From the IMG/VR virus record IMGVR_UViG_3300045988_006728: a DNA stretch of 64,000 bases, one strand, 5' to 3'. The position numbers were made by a program, and so were the translations under genes. The notes under the pieces are model-generated. The model searched no databases and was not told where the DNA came from. It saw only the letters and a program-made list of their open reading frames with translations. Source of the DNA: a virus (taxonomy: Duplodnaviria > Heunggongvirae > Uroviricota > Caudoviricetes). Below are positions 55,171 through 64,000 of the stretch, in pieces (position 1 is the first letter of the stretch; every line of letters starts with the position of its first letter).

Positions 55171-55562
55171 TTAAGTTGAGCCAAAAACAGTTAGAGTGGA
55201 TTAAAGATTACGCCTCAGAGTGTGGCTCTTGCGAAAAGAATCACGTAAGATACTCAACATTCCACACGACCTTCACATTGTATATTGGCGACAATGTTCT
55301 AAGTGATTCTGTAGAAGATGGCGTAGCATTGCCTAACGAATTGCTTGACAAATTAGCTGTAGTCACTGGAACTTGGTCTGAAGAAGACGGTCATGAACTA
55401 TCTAATGATATTGTCTTCTACAGTCTTGAAAACATTATGAATCCAGAGTACATTATGCTAATGACTTGTGCACAAGACTGTGTGCCATTACAAAGCTTCA
55501 TTAAAGAGCACTGCGAAGAGTTTATTACTAAACAGGTTCCCTGTCAGGTGGTGTTTGAATGA
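55167..55562 (+). CDS. Hypothetical protein
   Basis: 131-aa ORF. Confidence 0.4.
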   Translation: MIKLSQKQLEWIKDYASECGSCEKNHVRYSTFHTTFTLYIGDNVLSDSVEDGVALPNELLDKLAVVTGTWSEEDGHELSNDIVFYSLENIMNPEYIMLMTCAQDCVPLQSFIKEHCEEFITKQVPCQVVFE

Positions 55563-55858
55563 GTAAAACAATTCGAAGAAAAGGTTTAAAGAACGTTCAT
55601 GGACTCTATGAGTGGAGAAATGAGGTACGTAACAGAGAAAATGCTTCAGATGTCTACTTCCATTCTGATATGATGTCCAGAAAAGGTGGCTCTTACGACT
55701 TCACAAGCCAGCCTTGTAGAGAGATTAAGAAGGCCACTAAACGTCTTACAAGAACACAAATAAGGCAGCTTTCTAAGACATCCTTCTTAGATGAAGACTT
55801 TGATATTGATAGCAAGTCTCCAAAGAAAGCCGCTAAGAACACTTATATGTATTGGTGA
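55559..55858 (+). CDS. Hypothetical basic protein
   Basis: 99-aa ORF. Confidence 0.35.
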   Translation: MSKTIRRKGLKNVHGLYEWRNEVRNRENASDVYFHSDMMSRKGGSYDFTSQPCREIKKATKRLTRTQIRQLSKTSFLDEDFDIDSKSPKKAAKNTYMYW

Positions 55859-55867
55859 GGTAACTAG

Positions 55868-56353
55868 ATGAATTACATGGAGATTAGGCCATTTGACACA
55901 GCTAATGGTGAAGGGGTTCGTGTAAGCCTCTTCGTAGCTGGTTGTAAGCATCACTGTGAAGGCTGCTTTAACAGGGAGTCTTGGAAGTTTAATGCTGGTA
56001 AAGTATTTACTTATGCAAACCTCTACGGCATCATTAAGCTAATGGATGATGAGGCCATCAGTGGGTTGTCAATACTTGGTGGGGAGCCTCTGGATGATAG
56101 AAACATTCAAGAGGTCACCAACATATGCAAGCGTATTAAAACTGTTTATCCAGAAAAGTCTATATGGCTTTGGACAGGTTTTCAACTGCACGAAAAAATC
56201 CACTTAGATGTGATGAAATATGTTGACGTGGTGATTGATGGTAAGTATGATTCATCTAAACCAACAGTTAAACCATATCGTGGTTCTGATAACCAAAACC
56301 TCTGGAGAAAAGAGTATGGGTGGCAAGGTGATTGCCAATGGCGAGCAGAATGA
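55868..56353 (+). CDS. nrdG: Anaerobic ribonucleotide reductase activating protein (radical SAM)
   Basis: 161 aa; CKHHCEGC cluster near the N-terminus. Confidence 0.7.
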   Translation: MNYMEIRPFDTANGEGVRVSLFVAGCKHHCEGCFNRESWKFNAGKVFTYANLYGIIKLMDDEAISGLSILGGEPLDDRNIQEVTNICKRIKTVYPEKSIWLWTGFQLHEKIHLDVMKYVDVVIDGKYDSSKPTVKPYRGSDNQNLWRKEYGWQGDCQWRAE

Positions 56354-56590
56354 TTATTCTGGTAAGTGGACTTATGACATCAACAAGTTAGATGCCTGGA
56401 TGATTTATACGAGAGAAAAATTTGGTGCACGTTCATTATGTGCTCTTGCAACGATGGTGAAGAACGTTACCTTTGAAATTCATGAATCAGATAAGTTTGG
56501 AGACTTCTACAGGATTCAAAACATCAGAGAAGGTATAACTCCAATCGGTATCACTGAAGAAGAACTTCATAAGTTCTGTATTAAACTTTA

Positions 56591-56872
56591 ATGAGAGAGA
56601 CTAAAATGGGAATTTTAGGCAATATTAAAGCTGGCTTTTTGAAGGCACTGGCAAAAGCAGCAGCAATCATTTCTATGACTGGGAAGCAGGTTGGTGTAGA
56701 TGCTTCAGCAATTGCACAGGTTCTTGCAAGCCAAATTGAACAGCAGCCTTACATCCACGTTGGACGTGGTAAAGGTGGTAAAAAACAAGCACATCGACCA
56801 ACTGGTGCAGCAGCAATTAAACGTGCAGCTAAGAAAGCTCGTAACCGTAAACGTAATAAGAAGGCTAAATAA
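56591..56872 (+). CDS. Small protein with highly basic C-terminal tail
   Basis: 93 aa ending RAAKKARNRKRNKKAK. Confidence 0.4.
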   Translation: MRETKMGILGNIKAGFLKALAKAAAIISMTGKQVGVDASAIAQVLASQIEQQPYIHVGRGKGGKKQAHRPTGAAAIKRAAKKARNRKRNKKAK

Positions 56873-56874
56873 TC

Positions 56875-57186
56875 ATGAGCAAAGTTTATAACACTCGTAA
56901 GATTCAGATTGCAGTTCTGTGTCAGTTTATGGTTGAGCAACATAACGCACATTATTGTGGTACGGGATTTCTAACCTTTGGTGGCGAACACATCCCATTT
57001 AAGAAAGCTGTGAAGATGTACAACGAATCTCTTGATGGTAGTAAAGAGCTAGAACAGCTTAAACTAACTTACAATAAGAAAGACAAGAAGATTGTATGTC
57101 TAAACCACTCTATTAAACCTACAAATTACATTATAAGCAACATTGGCGAAGAAGGCTTCCTCAAAGTGTTGAAAATCTCACAGTAA
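56875..57186 (+). CDS. Hypothetical protein
   Basis: 103-aa ORF followed by a terminator (gggaac-tgtaaag-gttccc). Confidence 0.4.
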   Translation: MSKVYNTRKIQIAVLCQFMVEQHNAHYCGTGFLTFGGEHIPFKKAVKMYNESLDGSKELEQLKLTYNKKDKKIVCLNHSIKPTNYIISNIGEEGFLKVLKISQ

Positions 57187-57237
57187 TATTATATGATTAG
57201 GGAACTGTAAAGGTTCCCTTTTTATTTTGGAGATAAC

Positions 57238-57753
57238 ATGTATCTGTCAAACCTGAAACGTTCGGCTGCAATGTCAGTTCTAAGACTCAGCTTTGAGGAA
57301 CGTCAAGAATTTATAGACTCCCACAAATATGACCCTTCAAATTCTAATCACATGGTTCTTTGGAATCGTGATAACTTCCGTGAAAGAGCACTTGTCCGTT
57401 ATTACCCACACTACACAATAGATAACCTGTATGAATGGTGTGTTGTGAAGAACACCATTGCAACACTGAACAATCTTTGCAGGTATACGGGTAAGCAAAC
57501 ATTTACACTAGGCCACCACAAACCTGTTACAAAAGGTGGTGAACATCACTGTGCGAACTGGTTTATCCAAACTAAAGCTGATAACCAGAAGCAAGGAGAT
57601 AGCCTCCTAAGTATCCCTAAGATGACCTATGAAGAGCAAGAGAAATATATCAAAAATAATATGCCAGATGTGCTTGACAACAACTATACAGATTTGGCAA
57701 TATCTCTCCTGTTGAAGTTCGAGACAGTTTATAGGGCAACTTATAATGGCTAA
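57238..57753 (+). CDS. Hypothetical protein with possible HNH-like His/Asn cluster
   Basis: 171 aa; GHHKPVTKGGEHHCANW segment; weak. Confidence 0.3.
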   Translation: MYLSNLKRSAAMSVLRLSFEERQEFIDSHKYDPSNSNHMVLWNRDNFRERALVRYYPHYTIDNLYEWCVVKNTIATLNNLCRYTGKQTFTLGHHKPVTKGGEHHCANWFIQTKADNQKQGDSLLSIPKMTYEEQEKYIKNNMPDVLDNNYTDLAISLLLKFETVYRATYNG

Positions 57754-58020
57754 AGAAAAGTGGGAGATTTTACCATTAGTCAGTGAAGGAGGTAATGGTT
57801 GTGAAATGTACATGATACGTGGTCATGTTCCAGAGCCAATTGCACTTGAGATGGTAAACAACTTTACAGATGGTTCTTACAAAGACTTAGGCGAACCAAC
57901 TGTCAAGCAACAATGGGTTAAACCTGTACCAGACAGCACAGGTAACTGTAGTGTACTTTATCACGTTGTAGACCCTGCAAAATGCAAATCTGCAATGGCA
58001 GTAACAAACGTAACTTTTGA

Positions 58021-58371
58021 TTGAGAGAGAAAACTATGAAAATCAAAGAGATGAACATCAACATTGTCTTAGAAGAACGTTGGGAGAACATCAAGAAGCC
58101 TGAAGATGGCCATAAGTTTCTTAACAAAATTTTAGTAGCAGCTAAAGAAGAACTAACTGGCAAGGTCGCAGCAGCAATTACAATAAAGGTCTGTGTAAAA
58201 GGTCTTCCAGATAATCACCAATTTGCACTTGACGAGTTTAAAGAAAGCTTCTACAATCCAAACAAACAGATGCTTGAAAGTAACTTTGCAGTGTCTACAA
58301 GTATCGTCCATGACAGAAGCTTTATCCTTTACAAGAATATGAGAGGTGAGTCATGCAAGCATATTGGATAG
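58021..58371 (+). CDS. Hypothetical protein
   Basis: 116-aa ORF. Confidence 0.35.
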   Translation: MREKTMKIKEMNINIVLEERWENIKKPEDGHKFLNKILVAAKEELTGKVAAAITIKVCVKGLPDNHQFALDEFKESFYNPNKQMLESNFAVSTSIVHDRSFILYKNMRGESCKHIG

Positions 58372-58557
58372 AAATTTTACTGTCACTTGGTAGTGTAGCA
58401 GTATTTGTCTACCTCCTTTGTAAGTACTTTGCAGAGCACAAAAAATGTGACTACTGTAATGGAGAGGGGTACATAAGGGCAGGTTGTTGCCCTATGTGTG
58501 GTGGTTCTGGTAAAATGTTTAATAAGTAATTTAACAGTAAACTAAGAGGAAAGTATT

Positions 58558-60924
58558 ATGCGCATGGTAAACGACCACGCAGAAGTGATTAAGAGTTCAA
58601 CTTCTTTAGAGACGTCTCAAGCACAGATTACAATGACACCTGAAATGTTCAGCCTTTTGAGTTCCGGTGTATACACATTTAAAGAAAGGGCAGTGATTCG
58701 TGAACTGTCATGTAACGCAGTAGATGCTCAAAAAGAAGCTGGAAAAGAGAACATCCCGTTCCATGTGCATTTACCTACTCGATTTGAGCCTTACTTTGAA
58801 GTCCGTGACTTTGGAACTGGTTTAACCCATGACAAAGTAATGAGTTTGTATCTGAACTATGGGGCTTCTACGAAGAATGACTCTAATGACTACATTGGTG
58901 CAATGGGTATCGGCTCAAAGTCACCGTTTGCGATTGCTCAGTCATTCACAGTGTCTAGCTATGTTGATGGTGTTGTTAATAAGTACTCTGTTTACCTTGA
59001 GAATGGTATTCCTCAAGTAACTAAGCTTACTACTAACCAAACAAATGAACCTAATGGTTTAGCTGTACGTGTGGCAGTTGCTGACCACCGTATTTCAAAG
59101 TTCTTTGAAGAGGCTGGTAATGTATACTCATACTTTGCTGTAAAACCAGAGAGTAATGTGGAGTATAATGATATATTAGCAGATATGGATGTGATTGCTC
59201 GTGAAGAAGGTGTCTATGATGCCATGACTCATAAGCATAGCTGGCGTTCAAGCAGCAATAGAACAGAGTTTAACGTGGTTATGGGTAATATTGCCTACCC
59301 AGTTAATATGGAGGTATTACTTGGTGATGATTTCTTCAAAGTATTACCAGAATTTTTCCGCAGGAGCATAGACCTTGTAAACATCTACATGCCTATTGGT
59401 TCAGTTGCTTTTGCAGCTTCTCGTGAAGCATTGCAGATGAATGACACGACAAAAAATGTTATCATCGAGGCTACTAAAAAGATAACTGAAGCAATTACAA
59501 AGGATGTTATCAAGAAAGTTAATAGTCAACCTACACTCATGGATGCTGCACAGGCTTATGCTGAGTTACGCTTGAACTCACGAGAGATGTTTAATGTTGT
59601 GTGTCCAAAGCTAGAGTGGGGAGGTGTTAAGCTTGATTCTCTGGAAGAAGAATTACTAAACATTCGTTGTGGAATTATCTACGCAGAGGACGGCTCAGTC
59701 ATCTATGAACGTGACGGCAAAGGTAATATTAAGGTTGACAGTAAAGGAAACAACATTCCTAAAGTGGACTACCTATACAATCCAGTTGCTTATGTTAAGT
59801 TCAACTCTTTAGAGAGTAAGATTCGTGCAACAGCACTTTCCTACACTCAAGAGGCGAGCATGTTCAATATCTTTGGTGCAATGCGTAAAAGCCAAATTGA
59901 ACAGTTTTTGTTCGTGATTAATGACCGTCGCAATAAAAACGGTACTGAAAAGACTGTAGGCCGCAATCAGATTCTGCGTGATGCATGTCGAGACTACGCC
60001 AGTGAGTCAAGTCTGTTTCACAGATATAATGGTATTGTGTTTGTATTCTCGACTGAAAAAGAGTTAGACGACCTAATCAATCTACACAAACTTGATAAAA
60101 GCTTGTTAAAGATTGTGAAGATGTCTGATAAGGAACATTACTATCAGCGTAAAGAAGCTGTAAGGGGTGTTGTAAAACTCTGGAAAGCTGTTCCAGCAGA
60201 AGGTGTAGCTTCCTATAAAGAGGTTTCAGAGGACTTCGATACAATTGAAGAACCTCAGCTTTACATTAAGGCAGTTGGTGATACAGTTGATGGCGAATGT
60301 TTTTGCTCATCTCCAGAAGATGTAGCCAAGTCAGTTGCTAATGTTACAGGGAAGACAGTCTATGTTTTCCGAAAAGCAAATTGGAAAAAGATACCAGAAG
60401 ACTGGATTGAAGTAGATGAGAAGCTCTTGAACGACAGCTTAACTGATGTTCACTGGATTAATCATAACAGGTATATGACACGTATCTATATGAATGGTGT
60501 TCTTGACCTTACAAGCAGTTGGATTATCGCCAGAAACTTTACATTCAATAACAGGAAGATTTCTCGTGGTTATTGCTATTCACGAGATACTAACAAAACT
60601 ATCTTCCTAGAAGGCAATGAAGATGCTGTAGAGGCAATGTTCGGTAAAATCCAATACGTTGCTGCACCATTTGCATACACTTATACTGTTAGTGTATTGA
60701 AAACTTTGAAAGACTGTCTTGACAATGATACAAAGCTTTACAAGAAAATTAAGAAAGCTGGTGACCGCATGGTCATTAAGGTGACAAACTACCTTTCAAA
60801 AAGAAAACAAGAAAACTTCTTGCTTTCTCATTTAGATTGGAATAAAGTGTCACCTATCGAAGTGAGTAAGTTCTTAGGCTTTGATGTGAAGTGTGTTCCA
60901 GAAGGGACTACAATTTTCGATTAA
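58558..60924 (+). CDS. rIIA: rIIA-like protein (GHKL ATPase fold)
   Basis: 788 aa; N-terminal block RELSCNAVDA, RDFGTGL, DYIGAMGIGSKSPF...SY closely follows the T4 rIIA N-terminal pattern as recalled. Confidence 0.8.
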   Translation: MRMVNDHAEVIKSSTSLETSQAQITMTPEMFSLLSSGVYTFKERAVIRELSCNAVDAQKEAGKENIPFHVHLPTRFEPYFEVRDFGTGLTHDKVMSLYLNYGASTKNDSNDYIGAMGIGSKSPFAIAQSFTVSSYVDGVVNKYSVYLENGIPQVTKLTTNQTNEPNGLAVRVAVADHRISKFFEEAGNVYSYFAVKPESNVEYNDILADMDVIAREEGVYDAMTHKHSWRSSSNRTEFNVVMGNIAYPVNMEVLLGDDFFKVLPEFFRRSIDLVNIYMPIGSVAFAASREALQMNDTTKNVIIEATKKITEAITKDVIKKVNSQPTLMDAAQAYAELRLNSREMFNVVCPKLEWGGVKLDSLEEELLNIRCGIIYAEDGSVIYERDGKGNIKVDSKGNNIPKVDYLYNPVAYVKFNSLESKIRATALSYTQEASMFNIFGAMRKSQIEQFLFVINDRRNKNGTEKTVGRNQILRDACRDYASESSLFHRYNGIVFVFSTEKELDDLINLHKLDKSLLKIVKMSDKEHYYQRKEAVRGVVKLWKAVPAEGVASYKEVSEDFDTIEEPQLYIKAVGDTVDGECFCSSPEDVAKSVANVTGKTVYVFRKANWKKIPEDWIEVDEKLLNDSLTDVHWINHNRYMTRIYMNGVLDLTSSWIIARNFTFNNRKISRGYCYSRDTNKTIFLEGNEDAVEAMFGKIQYVAAPFAYTYTVSVLKTLKDCLDNDTKLYKKIKKAGDRMVIKVTNYLSKRKQENFLLSHLDWNKVSPIEVSKFLGFDVKCVPEGTTIFD

Positions 60925-61003
60925 AGTGTTTGACAAGGGGCTTCAAAACCCCTTAGAATAGCATCACAAAATGATTTATTAACTAACAAGAGAGAGTAAT
61001 AAG

Positions 61004-62113
61004 ATGACTACCAAAACTAAAGCACAGATTGACGCAGAAATTTACAAACTGGTTAAAGAAGGTAAGTTGACTAAAACAGCTATTGCACAGAAATTTAATA
61101 CTTCAACCCGTTCAGTCGGTCGTGCTGTAGAGCGTCATGAAGCAACCTTAAAAGGGAATAAGAAGGCAACTTCTACACCAGCTACGAAGACTTTGAAGCA
61201 AGTTGCTAAGACCTTTAAAAAGAAAGCTGACAAACCAGTTGAAAAGGTTGTTAAAGATGCTGTACAGAAAGCTCCGGTAAATAAACTGCATGAAGCTATG
61301 CAGAAAGATGACAAGATTGAGTACATGATTACTGGTGACTCTGTAATTATGACTTATGGTTCAGAATCTGAAATTGTTGAGTCTACTCATCCGAACTATC
61401 AAGAGATTGTAGTTCATGTTGTGAAAGGTGAGTTCAAAAAAGCCTTTGAATTGATGAACATTCGTAAGTCTATCGAAAACTTCACTCAGGGCGCTATCAC
61501 AATCAAAGGTGACAAGTTATTCTACGGTGCTGTTGAGATGCGTTCTACTCTGGTTGACCGTATTCTTCACATGATGAAGACTGGAGATAAAGGTTTCGAA
61601 CGCCTTGTGATGTTCTTCGAAAAACTGATGGAAAACCCATCTAAAGACTCTGTAGAGCAACTTTGGGGCTTCGTATCTCACCTTGATGTTGAAATTGATG
61701 AAGAAGGCTACATCATTGGTTGGAAGAAAGTATCTACTCGTGAAGGCAAGCTGGTTGACTCCCACACCTACAGAGTACCTAATGATTTGGGTAACATTGT
61801 AGAAATGCCACGTTGGATGGTTGATAATAACCGTAACGTGACTTGCTCTCAAGGTCTTCATGTTGGTGCTTGGGATTATGTTCGTTGCTTCTCAGGTGAT
61901 ACAATTCTGAAGGTTCGTGTCCATCCACGAGACGTTGTATCCGTACCAACTGATTACAACGATATGAAGATGCGCTCGTCTCGTTATGAAGTTGCAGCAA
62001 TCGTTGATAATCAACGTAAAGTACTGAAAGCATGGGATGGCAAGACTGAAGCTTTGCATGTCATCGTTGGCACTGCTGGGGAACTTATCTCTCAGCGTAA
62101 ACGTGAAATCTAA
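61004..62113 (+). CDS. rIIB: rIIB-like protein
   Basis: 369 aa; blocks LFYGAVEMRSTLVDRIL, FEKLMENPSK, CSQGLHVGAW, KVRVHPRDVVSVPTDYNDMKMR match the T4 rIIB pattern as recalled; directly downstream of rIIA. Confidence 0.8.
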   Translation: MTTKTKAQIDAEIYKLVKEGKLTKTAIAQKFNTSTRSVGRAVERHEATLKGNKKATSTPATKTLKQVAKTFKKKADKPVEKVVKDAVQKAPVNKLHEAMQKDDKIEYMITGDSVIMTYGSESEIVESTHPNYQEIVVHVVKGEFKKAFELMNIRKSIENFTQGAITIKGDKLFYGAVEMRSTLVDRILHMMKTGDKGFERLVMFFEKLMENPSKDSVEQLWGFVSHLDVEIDEEGYIIGWKKVSTREGKLVDSHTYRVPNDLGNIVEMPRWMVDNNRNVTCSQGLHVGAWDYVRCFSGDTILKVRVHPRDVVSVPTDYNDMKMRSSRYEVAAIVDNQRKVLKAWDGKTEALHVIVGTAGELISQRKREI

Positions 62114-62122
62114 TAAGTAATT

Positions 62123-62148
62123 TCTTAAAAGGCTGCTTCGGCGGCCTT
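62123..62148 (+). terminator. Rho-independent terminator
   Basis: aggctgc-ttcg-gcggcct followed by tttttt. Confidence 0.55.
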
Positions 62149-62213
62149 TTTTATTTGTATTTTGTGCAGAGTGCTGTATAATTGTTTTCACGATAAACTA
62201 AACAGGAGAACCA

Positions 62214-62762
62214 ATGAAGAAATTGATTCTAGGTTTGTGCTTAATGTTTACAGCACACTTATCTTATGCAGTTGACTGCCCAGAGCTATCAATTAGCCAA
62301 AAAGTAAACATGTTAAAAGCTTACCAGTATGGTGAGAATAACATGGGTAAAGGTTGGGGTATCACTCTAGCTGCTATAGCCTTACAAGAGTCAGAGTTAG
62401 GTCTGAAGGTAGAGAATAAAAAGACCCATGACTATGGTATCTTCCAGAATCACTTGAAGACTGTTGTAAAGCGTAACAAAATTAGTCCTAATGTGGCTAA
62501 AAAGAAACTCTTAAAAGACTTTGACTATGCTGCGAAGGAAACTCACAAAGAGCTTGAGTTTTGGACAAAGGTGCATGGTCAGCCAAAGTCAAAGAAGACT
62601 TTACAAAAAGTTTTAGCATCATATAATGCTGGGTATTCGTACAGAATCCCTAAAGCTAAGAAATATTCTCAAGATGTCTATAACAACATGAAAGTTATTG
62701 CTCAATGTGAATTTGCAACAAACATTTCTAAGGTAAACCATGAAAAAATTAAAAAAGTCTGA
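62214..62762 (+). CDS. Secreted lytic transglycosylase (SLT-domain muramidase)
   Basis: 182 aa; signal peptide MKKLILGLCLMFTAHLSYA; catalytic E-S (ALQESELG), YGIFQ and SYNAGYS motifs. Confidence 0.5.
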   Translation: MKKLILGLCLMFTAHLSYAVDCPELSISQKVNMLKAYQYGENNMGKGWGITLAAIALQESELGLKVENKKTHDYGIFQNHLKTVVKRNKISPNVAKKKLLKDFDYAAKETHKELEFWTKVHGQPKSKKTLQKVLASYNAGYSYRIPKAKKYSQDVYNNMKVIAQCEFATNISKVNHEKIKKV

Positions 62763-63435
62763 TGAAGTACTGTGTCATGCTTACGACTTACATCCTCATG
62801 AGTTAGGTCTTGATTCCTGTGTATGGACTCCAGAACAGTGTAGGGATTTTGAAGACACTGCAAGAGAAGTTGTATGTTCACTCGAAGAGTTCCACACATC
62901 AGAACCAATTGTGAATGTTGTAGATAAAGAGACTGGACAAACTATAGGTGTAAGTCGTGATAGCTTAGTCATAGTCAATAAAGACCTTGTAGAAAAAGGG
63001 AATCTCATCTTAGCAGATATTGATGGTGTTCTTACAAATTTTAATCACGAAGATTGTTCAACGGAATTGACTGACGGTTCATTCTCGCAGTACACTAATC
63101 TTCTTGACTCTGTAAGAGCAAAACCAACGTATGTTTTCAATATCATTGATGCAATTGCTAATCATGCTGCTGTTGGACTCTTGACAGCGAGAGGTGAATC
63201 TCAGAGAATACCTACTGAGATGTTTTTAAGGCATAACACAGAGCATGACTACATGCTTTTTATGCGTGGTTTTGGGACTAACTCTATAAGCGCAGAAAGT
63301 TTGAAAGTGAGGATGATTCAGTCTTGCATTCTGCCTTACTTTAATATAGTATGTTTTATAGAAGACACAGAGAAGAATGTGCAGAAGGTGAACAGAATCC
63401 TTCCACACATTAAAACCATGTTAGTTAAACATTGA
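62740..63435 (+). CDS. HAD-family hydrolase (putative nucleotidase/phosphatase)
   Basis: 231 aa; HAD motif I LADIDGVL. Confidence 0.4.
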   Translation: MKKLKKSDEVLCHAYDLHPHELGLDSCVWTPEQCRDFEDTAREVVCSLEEFHTSEPIVNVVDKETGQTIGVSRDSLVIVNKDLVEKGNLILADIDGVLTNFNHEDCSTELTDGSFSQYTNLLDSVRAKPTYVFNIIDAIANHAAVGLLTARGESQRIPTEMFLRHNTEHDYMLFMRGFGTNSISAESLKVRMIQSCILPYFNIVCFIEDTEKNVQKVNRILPHIKTMLVKH

Positions 63436-63445
63436 GAGAAAACTT

Positions 63446-63910
63446 ATGAACAATATCATTACGGTAGCACTGGACGATACGGTAAACAAATCTGCAATAG
63501 TTCGTAAAATGATTCAAGGTAACTTTGAAGGTAAAATTTTTCGTGCTGTTAATGTAAAAGCTGATGGCAGCATTCGTGAATATCGTGCATTATTGAATGT
63601 TAAAAAACACGTAAAAGGTGCTGGTTCAACGACTGCACACAAAGAAAACCTGATGACTATCTATGATATGGGTAAGGCTTCAGAGTTAGGTGCTGAAGGT
63701 ATCGTTAAAGAAGGTGCTCCGTATCGCTCTTTCAATCTGGAAACTACTCTTATGCTTTCCTTTACAAGTGGTTCTAAAACAATCACTTATCTCTTTACTG
63801 ATGCTGCAACGGTATCTGCTATTAAGGATAGCACTGTCAAAGCTGGCGTAGTTGCTGCTGCAAAAGCTTCTTCGATGGCTGCGAATATCCTTGCTAAAGT
63901 CCTCGGTTAA
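63446..63910 (+). CDS. Hypothetical protein
   Basis: 154-aa ORF followed by a terminator (ggctcc-ttcg-ggagcc, T-run). Confidence 0.4.
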   Translation: MNNIITVALDDTVNKSAIVRKMIQGNFEGKIFRAVNVKADGSIREYRALLNVKKHVKGAGSTTAHKENLMTIYDMGKASELGAEGIVKEGAPYRSFNLETTLMLSFTSGSKTITYLFTDAATVSAIKDSTVKAGVVAAAKASSMAANILAKVLG

Positions 63911-64000
63911 GGTTAAGATACAGGCTCCTTCGGGAGCCTTTTTCATTTTAGGAGATTGTTAAATGACATTTAAAGAGTTCTGTCAAGCTACTTTCATAAT

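Noticed and set aside
56235-56591. 118-aa ORF beginning inside nrdG
   Set aside because: The first 27 codons overlap nrdG in another frame; if real it most likely starts at the RBS-preceded ATG near 56316, so it was not listed as a confident feature.
60925-60958. Hairpin after rIIA (ggggcttcaaaacccc) as a terminator
   Set aside because: No T-run follows; it lies in the spacer of a TTGACA-17-TAGAAT promoter and is more likely a promoter-associated structure.

Overview
This window looks like a virulent, AT-rich, gene-dense tailed-phage genome segment (contractile-tail type), built from four blocks. (1) Positions 1-5500: a pre-early control region starting with a 190-bp tandem duplication, a vWA/MIDAS protein gene, and an array of about 16 tRNA genes interspersed with repeated structured non-coding elements and one HNH endonuclease gene. 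(2) 5660-29430, plus strand: a complete late morphogenesis module (large terminase, portal, prohead protease/scaffold, major capsid, sheath/tube, chaperones with a -1 frameshift site, tape measure, baseplate, two His-rich tail fibers). (3) 29460-39030, minus strand: thymidylate synthase, DHFR, ATP-dependent ligase, family A DNA polymerase, a homing endonuclease and small accessory genes. (4) 39250-64000, plus strand: dNMP kinase, T7 gp4-like primase-helicase, SSB-like protein, RNase H/FEN-like nuclease, endonuclease island, aerobic and anaerobic ribonucleotide reductases, rIIA/rIIB, an SLT-type muramidase and a HAD-family hydrolase. Gene content resembles Felix O1-like/T4-like virulent phages, but that placement is from memory of protein motifs, not a search. 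The most interesting candidate is a possible Ro60/Rsr-like protein (807-2222) together with four stem-loop elements in the tRNA array, one of which carries a YrlA-style tRNA-mimic domain; this is a hypothesis from sequence inspection only. All tRNA coordinates are hand-folded and approximate (about +/-3 nt). No CRISPR array, integrase or transposase was seen.
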